DNA from: Acidobacteriota bacterium
Lineage (GTDB): Bacteria > Acidobacteriota > UBA6911 > JACQSX01
DNA length: 64,000 nt
NCBI GenBank assembly: GCA_036507075.1
Contig: DASXQR010000221.1
Span: 37,038 to 101,037 of the forward strand
Direction of reading: 5' to 3'
Positions 8,638 to 17,001 of this stretch are shown here, piece after piece. Below the pieces are notes generated by a model. The model worked only from the letters and a program-made list of their open reading frames with translations, had not been told where the DNA came from and ran no database searches. Each line of letters begins with the position of its first letter. The stretch's first letter is position 1. Position numbers and translations under genes: made by a program.

Positions 8638-10161
8638 ATGAAAAAGCTGCGAGTCGTCATACTCAAGCCAAGCAAGTATGGCCCCAATGGTCACGTTGAA
8701 AGATTTCGTTGGGGCTTTATGCCCAACAGCACCGTTCCATACTTGAGAAGCATGACACCGCGCGTGGTGGAAGGACATACGGTCGAGACCTTTGCGATCG
8801 ACGAGTATGTGCAGAGCGATCTCGATTATCTGAAGCTGCTTCACACCAAGGATCCCACGCTGCTGGCAATCGTGGGGGTTCAGTCGCATCAGCTCCACCG
8901 CAGCCTTGACCTGGCCGCCTACGCGCGCCGCCACGGCATTCGGAACTGCATCATCGGCGGACCGCACTGCATGACCTGCGACACGGCGCCTCTGCAAAAT
9001 CGCGGAGTGAGCTTTTCACTGGCGGAGGCGGAAATGGTATGGCCCGCGATTTTGAGCGATGCGGCCAACGATCGACTGCAGCCCGTCTATGGAGAGGGTC
9101 AACGCTGGCAGCAGCAGCTCGACTCGCCGGTGCTGACGCCTCCCTCCGGCAGGGACTTGCGGCGGTACATTGTGCCCATGCTGGGGGTTTATCCGGCGCG
9201 CGGCTGCCCGTTCAATTGCAACTTCTGTTCGGTAATAAAGATCGCCGGACGGAAGATTCGCAGCCAGCCGCTGGAAATAACTCTGGCGAGTTTAAGGGCG
9301 GCCCGGGCCGCCGGGATTCGCCTGATCATGTTCGTATCAGACAATTTCAACAAGTACCAGGAGGCAGCGGAGCTGCTTCAGGCCATGATCGACGAGCGCA
9401 TCCGGATTCCATTTTTCGTCCAGTGCGACACGCAGATTGCGCATCAGCCGGAATTGGTCGACCTGCTCGCGCGGGCAGGGTGTTTCCAGATCTTTCTCGG
9501 GGTTGAATCGTTCAATCGCAAGACTTTGCGGGACGCAAAGAAGTACCAGAATCATCCCGAGGATTACACGATGATCGTCGCGCTGTGCCGCAGCCGGGGA
9601 ATCGGCATTCACTTCTCGAACATCATCGGGTTTCCGGATGATACCGGGGAAAGCGTGCTTGAACACCTGCACGCGGTCCAGGCCATGGCTCCAGACGTGG
9701 CCTCTTTCTATATCCTCACGCCCATCCCCGGAACAGAACAGTACGACGACTTCCTGGCGGCGGATTTAATTACAGAGACGAACCTCGATCGATATGACGG
9801 AAGTTGTCCTACCTGGCGGCACCCGCATCTGCGGCCCGAGGAATTGCGGAAGTTGCTGTTCTACTGTTACCGGAAGTTTTACTCCACATCCCACGTGATT
9901 AGAAGGAGCCTGGAGCGCTTTTACAGGAAAGCTGATCCTTTCGAGCTGCTTATTACCTCCGGTTGCTCTTTCTTCTCACGCCTCTCTGCGTTCAAGCAGG
10001 TGCATCCGATGTCGGGCGGAATCGCGCGCCTGCACCTGGACGGCGTCCTCGATTACATTGACCTGCGCCGGGAACTCTTCGGCTTTACCCACGCTCCCTT
10101 GCCTAAGAGCCTGCGGCTCAGCCCGGCCGATGAATCGCTGAACCGCCTCGCCAAACTGTGA
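8638..10161 (+). CDS. Radical SAM protein (B12-binding-like N-terminal domain, methyltransferase class B-like)
   Basis: RGCPFNCNFC motif, IIGGPH, FVSDNF, IFLGVES, IIGFPDD, ILTPIPGT; ATG 8638. Confidence 0.88.
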   Translation: MKKLRVVILKPSKYGPNGHVERFRWGFMPNSTVPYLRSMTPRVVEGHTVETFAIDEYVQSDLDYLKLLHTKDPTLLAIVGVQSHQLHRSLDLAAYARRHGIRNCIIGGPHCMTCDTAPLQNRGVSFSLAEAEMVWPAILSDAANDRLQPVYGEGQRWQQQLDSPVLTPPSGRDLRRYIVPMLGVYPARGCPFNCNFCSVIKIAGRKIRSQPLEITLASLRAARAAGIRLIMFVSDNFNKYQEAAELLQAMIDERIRIPFFVQCDTQIAHQPELVDLLARAGCFQIFLGVESFNRKTLRDAKKYQNHPEDYTMIVALCRSRGIGIHFSNIIGFPDDTGESVLEHLHAVQAMAPDVASFYILTPIPGTEQYDDFLAADLITETNLDRYDGSCPTWRHPHLRPEELRKLLFYCYRKFYSTSHVIRRSLERFYRKADPFELLITSGCSFFSRLSAFKQVHPMSGGIARLHLDGVLDYIDLRRELFGFTHAPLPKSLRLSPADESLNRLAKL

Positions 10162-10183
10162 GCCTGTCCAAGTCTGCGATCCG

Positions 10184-10318
10184 CGATCCCCGCTAGAATC
10201 CGCGGCCGACCTTCAATCCCCGATCCCCGCGAAAATCCGCGGCCGACCTTCAATCCGCGATCCCCGCGAAAATCCGCGGCTGACCTTCAATCCGTGATCT
10301 CCGCGAAAATCCGCGGCC
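10184..10318. repeat. 37-bp tandem repeat x3.6 between convergent genes
   Basis: Unit cgatccccgcgaaaatccgcggccgaccttcaatccg at 10184, 10221, 10258 and partial at 10295; no spacers. Confidence 0.92.
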
Positions 10319-10322
10319 CAAT

Positions 10323-11444
10323 TCAGATCAGCGGAGCCTCATGCGCATGCAGGAACCACCGGTCCAGCAGCACACTTCGCGAAAATGAGCGTGACTTCAG
10401 CAGCATCCTTCCCAGCGAGCAGATCATGCCAGGAGGAAACAGTCCCGTAATCGTCGCCAGCCCACCCTCCTTTACCTGCCCGAAGCGGCGCACCAGAGCC
10501 CGGCGGTAGCTTTCCAGATTATCGGCAGTATATCTGCCGTTTGCATTCAGCAACGCATCGGCTGCCATCAGCCCGGACTCAATCGCAGGACGAATTCCTT
10601 CTCCGCTGAGCGGATAGGCCAGGCCCGCCGCATCGCCCGTCAGAAGGACGCCGTCATCAATCAGCCGGCGCGGTGTGACTCCGTAGAGCAGGTAGGCATG
10701 GCCTTTAAGCTTGCGGACGCGCTCGGCCGGAATTCTTCTTTCAGTGGTGAGAAACTCGCAGAAACGCTCCACCTGCGAATTAAGGCCGTCGTTGCCCATG
10801 CGGCCCAAACCGATGTTGAGAAAATTGCCCTTTCGAAAACACCAGCCATAACCTTTAAGATCCGAACAAAAATACAGTTCGGGGATTTCGCCTGATACAG
10901 CGCACCCGGCCCGGAGGTTTTCGTCGATTTCAAATTCAACTTCCTGGGCGGCCACAACTCTTTCCCGCTTCAAAACGGCTCCCAGAAATCTTGCCACCGG
11001 ACAGAAATGCCCACCGGCGCCGACTACTACGGAGGCAGTAAACTCTTCATTTACTACCCATTCATGTCCGGAACGCCGCATTTGCCTGAAGGGCGTGCTC
11101 TGCTGAAGTTTTGCGCCGCACCGGCGGAGCAGATAGTAATCGAACTCGCACCGCCTGACGCCGTAGCTAACCGGGCGGCAGTACCTGGTAACTGTCTGGA
11201 TGCCGCCCATTACGCCGGTGAGGAAGCCGGTAATGGGCTGCAGGACATTTCGGGCTGCGTAATCCTCGGTCTGGATCTGCAATTCTTCAAGCACTGCAGG
11301 CGTGATCCAGCCTCCGCACACCTTATTGCGTGGAAATGTATGCTGGTCGAGAACCAATACTTTCAATCCGGCCTTCGACAGCTTCCAGGCGCAGGAAGAT
11401 CCGGCTGGGCCTCCGCCTGCGATCAAGACATCACATTTCTGCAT
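10323..11444 (-). CDS. Geranylgeranyl-reductase-family FAD oxidoreductase
   Basis: DVLIAGGGPAGSS, FPRNKVCGG, GYGWCF, GDAAG, GEGIRPAIESG; ATG 11444 overlaps the end of the cfa-like gene. Confidence 0.9.
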   Translation of the reverse strand: MQKCDVLIAGGGPAGSSCAWKLSKAGLKVLVLDQHTFPRNKVCGGWITPAVLEELQIQTEDYAARNVLQPITGFLTGVMGGIQTVTRYCRPVSYGVRRCEFDYYLLRRCGAKLQQSTPFRQMRRSGHEWVVNEEFTASVVVGAGGHFCPVARFLGAVLKRERVVAAQEVEFEIDENLRAGCAVSGEIPELYFCSDLKGYGWCFRKGNFLNIGLGRMGNDGLNSQVERFCEFLTTERRIPAERVRKLKGHAYLLYGVTPRRLIDDGVLLTGDAAGLAYPLSGEGIRPAIESGLMAADALLNANGRYTADNLESYRRALVRRFGQVKEGGLATITGLFPPGMICSLGRMLLKSRSFSRSVLLDRWFLHAHEAPLI

Positions 11445-12723
11445 GTACGGAAGGGTTGGGCAGAGCAGCACCTGCAGGCTGCAGGTCGTTACTCGCGTAC
11501 AGATACGCCCGCGTCCATGGAATCTGATTGTTAGCGGCGCGGGTGAAGGTAACCTGGAAAAGTTGGAGATAACCGGAGAGAAACGAAGCCACTGAGCTGG
11601 CAAGGTAGAGCCGCCAGGCACGAACAAAACTCCGGCCAAACATCTGTTGTACGATATCAGCCGAATTCTCAAATCGATCCAGCCAATGTTGCAGAGTTTT
11701 AGCGTAATGCAGGCGCAGATTTTCGAGATCTAAAACCGACAGATCCTGACTCTCAAATATCTTCATTGCCTGCCGGATACTGGGAGGGTAAGCACCCGGG
11801 AAAATTCGCCGCAGTATCCATGGATTCAGTGCCATCTGGCGGTTGCGTCCGATAAAATGCAGCAGGCCGCGTCCCTGATCCGTCAAGCTGCGATCGATTA
11901 CACTGGCCAGCTGGGCATAATTTCCCAATCCGACATGCTCGAGCATTCCAATCGAAACAAAGACATCGAAGCGGCCTGATATGTTTCGATAGTCGTCCTC
12001 GATAAACTCAACTCTGCCTTGCAATCCTTCTTCACGCGCCCTCTGGCGGGCGTAAAGAATTTGCTCGCGGGAGATGTTGAAAGCCTTCACCGTCGCCCCG
12101 TAATGCCGGGCCATGTGGAGCGCCAGCGCTCCCCATCCGCAGCCTGCGTCGACCACGCTCTCTCCCGGCTGCAACCGGACCTTGCGGCAGACCAAATCCA
12201 TCTTTTCAACCTGCGCCTTCTCCAGATCGTCTTCGGGCGAAGGAAAGTAGGCGCATGTATAGACCAGGTTTGAGTCAAGCCACAGTTTGTAGAAGCTGTT
12301 GCCGATATCGTAATGTCTGTGAATGTTTCGCCGGGAACGTTCGGTGGTGTTTTTGCGGCGCCCGAACATCGAGCCGCCGGCGGCACCGTAGCGCAAGAAT
12401 CTGTTCCACCAGCGCAACGTCGACTCTTGTCTCGAAGCACGCGGAAAGCGCGGCAGGTTCTGGTAGACGGTTTCGATCAACTGAACGAGATCACCCTGCA
12501 CTTCTATTCGTCCCGTCTCATATCCCTCTCCAAAATAAAGTTCGGGATGCCAAAGGAACTTGAGCATAATGGCGCGGTCCCGGAAAACAATCCCGGCAAC
12601 GGTGCGGTTGCCCGGGCGCGCGATTTGCTCGCCATTCCATAAAGTAAAATGGATTGGAGGATTGCCCACCCTTCTGAGCACCTCCGATAGGAGCCGCCTT
12701 TCAACAGCCGAAATTCCGCTCAT
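11431..12723 (-). CDS. cfa: Cyclopropane-fatty-acyl-phospholipid synthase family SAM methyltransferase
   Basis: NIHRHYDIGNSFYKLWLD, YTCAYF, DAGCGWG, SIGMLEHVG, IFPG, HYAKTL; start uncertain. Confidence 0.88.
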   Translation of the reverse strand: MSGISAVERRLLSEVLRRVGNPPIHFTLWNGEQIARPGNRTVAGIVFRDRAIMLKFLWHPELYFGEGYETGRIEVQGDLVQLIETVYQNLPRFPRASRQESTLRWWNRFLRYGAAGGSMFGRRKNTTERSRRNIHRHYDIGNSFYKLWLDSNLVYTCAYFPSPEDDLEKAQVEKMDLVCRKVRLQPGESVVDAGCGWGALALHMARHYGATVKAFNISREQILYARQRAREEGLQGRVEFIEDDYRNISGRFDVFVSIGMLEHVGLGNYAQLASVIDRSLTDQGRGLLHFIGRNRQMALNPWILRRIFPGAYPPSIRQAMKIFESQDLSVLDLENLRLHYAKTLQHWLDRFENSADIVQQMFGRSFVRAWRLYLASSVASFLSGYLQLFQVTFTRAANNQIPWTRAYLYASNDLQPAGAALPNPSVHAEM

Positions 12724-12770
12724 GCCGCCATCCCTCTCGGTTGTCTGCAAGTTTAGATGATTCAGCTTTC

Positions 12771-12819
12771 GGTCATCGGTCATTGGTCATTGGTCATCGG
12801 TCATTGGTCATCGGTCATC
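12771..12819. repeat. Heptamer array GGTCATY x7
   Basis: Seven contiguous units; inverted counterpart AATGACY at 13007-13033. Confidence 0.95.
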
Positions 12820-12902
12820 GGCTATTGCCGCGGGTGGATAGCTGCATTTTAGCTTCGTCCCGCCCCTATGGCCAAGAACCATTAACCTCTGTTTAGAACT
12901 TC

Positions 12903-13074
12903 TTCACCACAAAGACACAAAGGACACAAACCTGGAAGCTCACAACTTTGCGTCCTTCGTGTAACAAGTTGGCAACTTCTTGTTTTTTTAGCAAGATTCT
13001 TTAACTAATGACCAATGACTAATGACCGATGACGTGTTTGGTTGCTCCCCTGCCGCGCTGTGTCTTTGTGGTGA
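12903..13074. mobile_element. Nonamer inverted repeat whose right arm is split by wrapper element copy 2 (12961-13061)
   Basis: Removing 12961-13061 restores ctttgcgtccttcgt+gtctttgtggtga, the reverse complement of the left arm at 12903-12930. Confidence 0.78.
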
Positions 13075-13075
13075 G

Positions 13076-15577
13076 TTATTTCCGCCCCAGCAACCGGATT
13101 CGCGCCGTGAACACCCGGCTCTGAATGCCGCCAAACGTCATGAATTCCGGAGAATCGATGTTATTGTTCACCACGGCTGGATTTTCATGGCCGGTTACAT
13201 TGTTGAAACCGGCGCGCAGCGCCCATTGATGACCCGACAACCTGAAACGACGCTCCACGTGCAGATTGAGGATGAAGTAGTCAGGAAGGCGGTGAGTGTT
13301 GACCGCGCCGACAAGCCTCTGCTCTTCGTTGACCAGGCTGTACGGATAACCGCTGCGCCATTCCAGCAGATAGGCAAAGTCATATCCGTGGCGCAGCGGC
13401 AACCAGCCCCAGGACAGGAGGCGGTTGGGGGCATCCCAGGGAAGCGGTCCGCCTCCCTGCTGCGCGAAAATCGGATTGTCCAGATTGAAGTCGATCGCCG
13501 CGTTTGAGCGGGCCGACGAACGTGTGTAAGATGCCATCAGCCCGTACGTTTCCATATTCTTCTTGAGTGTGAATTCGAGCGAGTTGAATCGGTCCCGCTG
13601 AAAATTGCGCAATGTGTACAGCGCCTTTGCCGTTGACTCCTCGTCGGCTCTAACAAACGTAAACGCACTGCCGCGCTTCTGAATGAACTCCACGCGCGCG
13701 TAAACGGACGCGGGGAGCATCCGCTCCAGAGCAAGGCTCCAATTGTGAAAGCGAGGAGCTCTCAACTGGCTTTCATTCACCTCGAAAGATGTCTCCAACG
13801 GCCTGCCTGGCGTCTGGCTGCCGGCGGGATAAAAAAGGTCGATGCGGCGGCCCTCCAGCGGACGGGTAATGAAGGACAGGTTTGTCGCGTCGTGGAAAAT
13901 GCCGATACCTGCTGAAAGTTTTGTGTTGCCACCCGGAAGCGTGCAGGTCGAAGCGAGCCGGGGAGAAACCGACGCCTGCCTTATGATCTGGTCCCAGTCG
14001 GATCGAATCCCCAGTTCCACGAGCAGCCATTCTGTCGGAGACCACCGGTCCTGCGCATAGCCGCTGAACTCGGAGTTATTCCTCCTTATCCCGGCCGTTC
14101 CGACAAATTCGATCCGCCTTGAAAGCGTGCCATTCTGCCGGTAAATGAAAATGGGGCGGTGCTCGGAGAACCGGTGAAACCGGATCTTGTCCGCGTCGAT
14201 GCCCGTTTTAAATTCGTGCTTGCCGAGCCACTGATGGGGCTGAAAGATCAAATCGGCGATCCACTGGAAGCGGCGAACATCTCCCTGCTCGCTTTTAAAG
14301 AAATTGCCGCTGTTTCCCTTGGGCCGAATCACGTAAGGGAGATTTCCCCGGGGACTCAAATCGTCATCGAACGTGTTGAATGCAAAGCCTATGCCCAGGA
14401 TTACGCCCGAAAAGAGAATCTGGTCTTTCACTGTGAACAGGTATGCGGATCGATCCACGGTGCGGGTGGTTTCAACAGGATTGAACCGCGACAGGCCAAA
14501 GTGCGCCGAACGGAACCGGTTGACGAGCACGCTGGTGGTAAGAATATTCGACGCAGTCAGATTGGCCTGCACCTTGGTCAAATTACTGAATCTCCAGGTG
14601 CGGCTTGCGTCGGCGCCCGGCGGCAGTTCCTTAAACGCGTTCAGGTGTGTTTCGCCGTCCGTTGCATTAAAGAACCAGGCTCTTGCTTTCCGCAGCGGGC
14701 CGGACAAAGTTATGCGGGGTGTCCAGTCATCAATCTTCAGACCTCGATGGCTTTGAACGGATGGAACAAAATTGGTGGCGGAAAAGCGGAAATGGTCGTC
14801 GCCCATTCCGGTGGTCAAACTCACCGCTCCTCCTGATCCTTTGCCGTACTCGGCCGAGTAACGACTCCCCTGCACCTCAATCTGCCTGAGCGCGTCGACG
14901 CTCACCCGCATTTCGAGCGCACCGGTTGCGGGATGAGTGATGTTGAAACCGTCGAGCTGGTCGAATATCTGGTGAGTGGCCGCGCCGTTGATATGAATCT
15001 GGCCGTTCGGATCGCGCAGCACCCCGGGGATGGTCGGCAGCACATTCCGGAAATCGCGCGTGGTGGGATATGGCAGGTTAACGATTTCGCGCGTGGTCAG
15101 GGATTCAGCGGAGGCCGTTTTCGCCGGATCGACCGTCGGCGGCGAATAGACTACTTCTGTATGTTCTGAGAATTCCTGAAAATGATTCAGCGTGATGGCC
15201 ACCTGGTCGGACTGAGCCACGGAAATGTCGCTGCGTGATACCGCATAGAAGCCCTCCTTTTCCACGCGGATGTCGTAGTCGCCCGATCGAAGCTGGAGGA
15301 ACTCATAACGTCCGGCGTGGTCTGTTTCTCCTCTGAATACGGCGCGCGTATCTTTTTGAGAGAGAAATATCTGCGCTGCCGCAACGGCCACACCGTTTTC
15401 ATCGGTCACAATTACGGCGAATCTGACGCTTTCGCTTCGGTCCGCCGGCCTCGCCGCCGGGCGCGCATCCTGCCCGCCTGGGCTTCCCTGTTCGCTCTGT
15501 TCCTGTGGCGGCACGGCATTCAGCCGCGTATTGGTCGCGCAGAAAATCATCAAGAGACAGGGAAGCGCCAGTGTCAT
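13076..15577 (-). CDS. TonB-dependent receptor-like outer-membrane protein
   Basis: Carboxypeptidase-regulatory-like N-domain (GDYDIRVEKEGF), plug (YSAEYGKGSGG), barrel motifs YAQDRW and GFNNVT; start uncertain. Confidence 0.85.
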   Translation of the reverse strand: MTLALPCLLMIFCATNTRLNAVPPQEQSEQGSPGGQDARPAARPADRSESVRFAVIVTDENGVAVAAAQIFLSQKDTRAVFRGETDHAGRYEFLQLRSGDYDIRVEKEGFYAVSRSDISVAQSDQVAITLNHFQEFSEHTEVVYSPPTVDPAKTASAESLTTREIVNLPYPTTRDFRNVLPTIPGVLRDPNGQIHINGAATHQIFDQLDGFNITHPATGALEMRVSVDALRQIEVQGSRYSAEYGKGSGGAVSLTTGMGDDHFRFSATNFVPSVQSHRGLKIDDWTPRITLSGPLRKARAWFFNATDGETHLNAFKELPPGADASRTWRFSNLTKVQANLTASNILTTSVLVNRFRSAHFGLSRFNPVETTRTVDRSAYLFTVKDQILFSGVILGIGFAFNTFDDDLSPRGNLPYVIRPKGNSGNFFKSEQGDVRRFQWIADLIFQPHQWLGKHEFKTGIDADKIRFHRFSEHRPIFIYRQNGTLSRRIEFVGTAGIRRNNSEFSGYAQDRWSPTEWLLVELGIRSDWDQIIRQASVSPRLASTCTLPGGNTKLSAGIGIFHDATNLSFITRPLEGRRIDLFYPAGSQTPGRPLETSFEVNESQLRAPRFHNWSLALERMLPASVYARVEFIQKRGSAFTFVRADEESTAKALYTLRNFQRDRFNSLEFTLKKNMETYGLMASYTRSSARSNAAIDFNLDNPIFAQQGGGPLPWDAPNRLLSWGWLPLRHGYDFAYLLEWRSGYPYSLVNEEQRLVGAVNTHRLPDYFILNLHVERRFRLSGHQWALRAGFNNVTGHENPAVVNNNIDSPEFMTFGGIQSRVFTARIRLLGRK

Positions 15578-15670
15578 CAGTGCGACAGTTTGTTGGGAAA
15601 AGTTAACCACCAGGATGTGATCATTGTAAACGATTTTCACCCGCGTCAGAGCCGCGGGCGTCAGTTGAAT

Positions 15671-15797
15671 GCGGAGAGACGGCCTGAGGGCCGTCTCAGG
15701 GAATTAAATCTTACGTTTTGTGAGTAGAGAGGACGCTCAGGCCCTTTCTCCGCGATATAAGTACCCGCCCGAGACGGCCCTCAGGCCGTCTCTCCGC
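15671..15797. repeat. REP doublet: GGAGAGACGGCCTGAGGGCCGTCTC and its inverted copy
   Basis: Palindromic units at 15671-15697 and 15771-15797, with a degenerate third unit between; same family at 25236-25295 and 37394-37464. Confidence 0.88.
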
Positions 15798-15842
15798 GAT
15801 ATGAGCGTCAGACCTGGGACTGCTACCTGTTTTCACGCATGA

Positions 15843-16454
15843 TCAGTTTTTCGGGACTGCCTGAACCGGCGCGCTTACCTGTAGTTTCCCCCAGAGGATC
15901 TTCAGTGTTACGTCCTTTATATCGGACTCTTTAGCAGAGAGCGTGACAGTGAGCTTATCGGCCGCTGTCTCTGCCTGCGAGGAGGTGACGGGAATCCTGA
16001 ATTCGATTGGCGCGCGGTTGATCTCGAAAGCATCCAGGCCGGTTTTTCGGATTTTGGAAGGATCGATGAAAGCCAGACTCCACACCGCCCCGTCATCGGA
16101 GCGGTGCAGGCCGAGATACCAGGCCCCTGCAGGGATATCGCGGCCTCCGATCTTCAGTGGAATAGCGGTATCCAGAACCGTCCAAAAGTCCTTGCCCAGC
16201 CGCCAGACTTTTCCCCTGGTCATTTCCTCAAATTTCGCTTTGTTTTCGTACTCCTTTTTCCAGGTGGGACGGCCATAGTCGATGGCGAACTGGCCGGCGG
16301 CGGCATTTTTGGTCCTGTTCCAGTAAAGGATGCGGGCTGAGGCGCGTTCGTCGGGACCGCCGCCTTCGGCGATGATCGAATCCTTTTGCTGTTGGGCTCG
16401 AAGGGTTAACGAAAACAGCGCAAGCAATAAGAGGGACAAAAATCTGGATCTCAT
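15843..16454 (-). CDS. DUF2911-like secreted protein
   Basis: GAGGAGG RBS, signal peptide, IDYGRP and VWRLG motifs. Confidence 0.75.
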   Translation of the reverse strand: MRSRFLSLLLLALFSLTLRAQQQKDSIIAEGGGPDERASARILYWNRTKNAAAGQFAIDYGRPTWKKEYENKAKFEEMTRGKVWRLGKDFWTVLDTAIPLKIGGRDIPAGAWYLGLHRSDDGAVWSLAFIDPSKIRKTGLDAFEINRAPIEFRIPVTSSQAETAADKLTVTLSAKESDIKDVTLKILWGKLQVSAPVQAVPKN

Positions 16455-16584
16455 TGAAACCTCCTCAATTGAATGGGTTCTGAACCGGAATCCTTCATGC
16501 GCTCCCGGTCGCGGCGGCAATCTTCAGACGAAATTGTATTCGTACCAAGGCCTGACTTACAAATCCCGGCTGGCTGGCGGCTGT

Positions 16585-16593
16585 TGCTACAAT
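16585..16593 (+). promoter_or_regulatory. Extended -10 promoter (TGcTACAAT)
   Basis: Lies upstream of GGAG and ATG 16613. Confidence 0.45.
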
Positions 16594-16612
16594 ACTAGTG
16601 GAGTGTGACATT

Positions 16613-16801
16613 ATGGAAGAACCTGAAAACACGTTGATGCATGCGAATTGCGGCGGCAATGTGCGACGAGATGCGGAAAGCGACCACTACGTGTGCGACC
16701 AGTGCCATGCCGAAGCAGAGGGGGTTGTCAGTTCTGCCGAGAAAGTCCAGGGAAGACCGGAAGAGGTTATTCTCTGCAATCCGCATGATGCCGCCTTTTG
16801 A
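16613..16801 (+). CDS. Small (62 aa) putative zinc-ribbon protein
   Basis: HANC-x14-CDQC metal-ligand pairs, GGAG RBS, extended -10 upstream; fills an otherwise empty gap. Confidence 0.55.
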   Translation: MEEPENTLMHANCGGNVRRDAESDHYVCDQCHAEAEGVVSSAEKVQGRPEEVILCNPHDAAF

Positions 16802-16852
16802 CGGCAAGCCCGGGGATATTGCCTTAAGCGGGCCAAAGACGGACTCGTTGTA

Positions 16853-16945
16853 TTCACCGCAGAGCCGCAAAGAACGCCGAGTTTCCGCAGAGATTCCATT
16901 GCCGACCTCTGCGAAGCTTGGCGTCCTCGGCGACTCTGCGTTGAA
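16853..16945. repeat. Nonamer-type inverted repeat (CACCGCAGAG subtype)
   Basis: ttcaccgcagagccgcaaagaacgccgag ... cttggcgtcctcggcgactctgcgttgaa. Confidence 0.8.
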
Positions 16946-17001
16946 AGTGATGTTCCGAATTACTACCGAGGGGGCTGCGGAGAAGTGTCTGCCCCCCTGG
17001 C

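Noticed and set aside
10184..10318. Possible CRISPR array (37-bp repeats)
   Set aside because: Units are contiguous with no unique spacers, and there are no cas genes.
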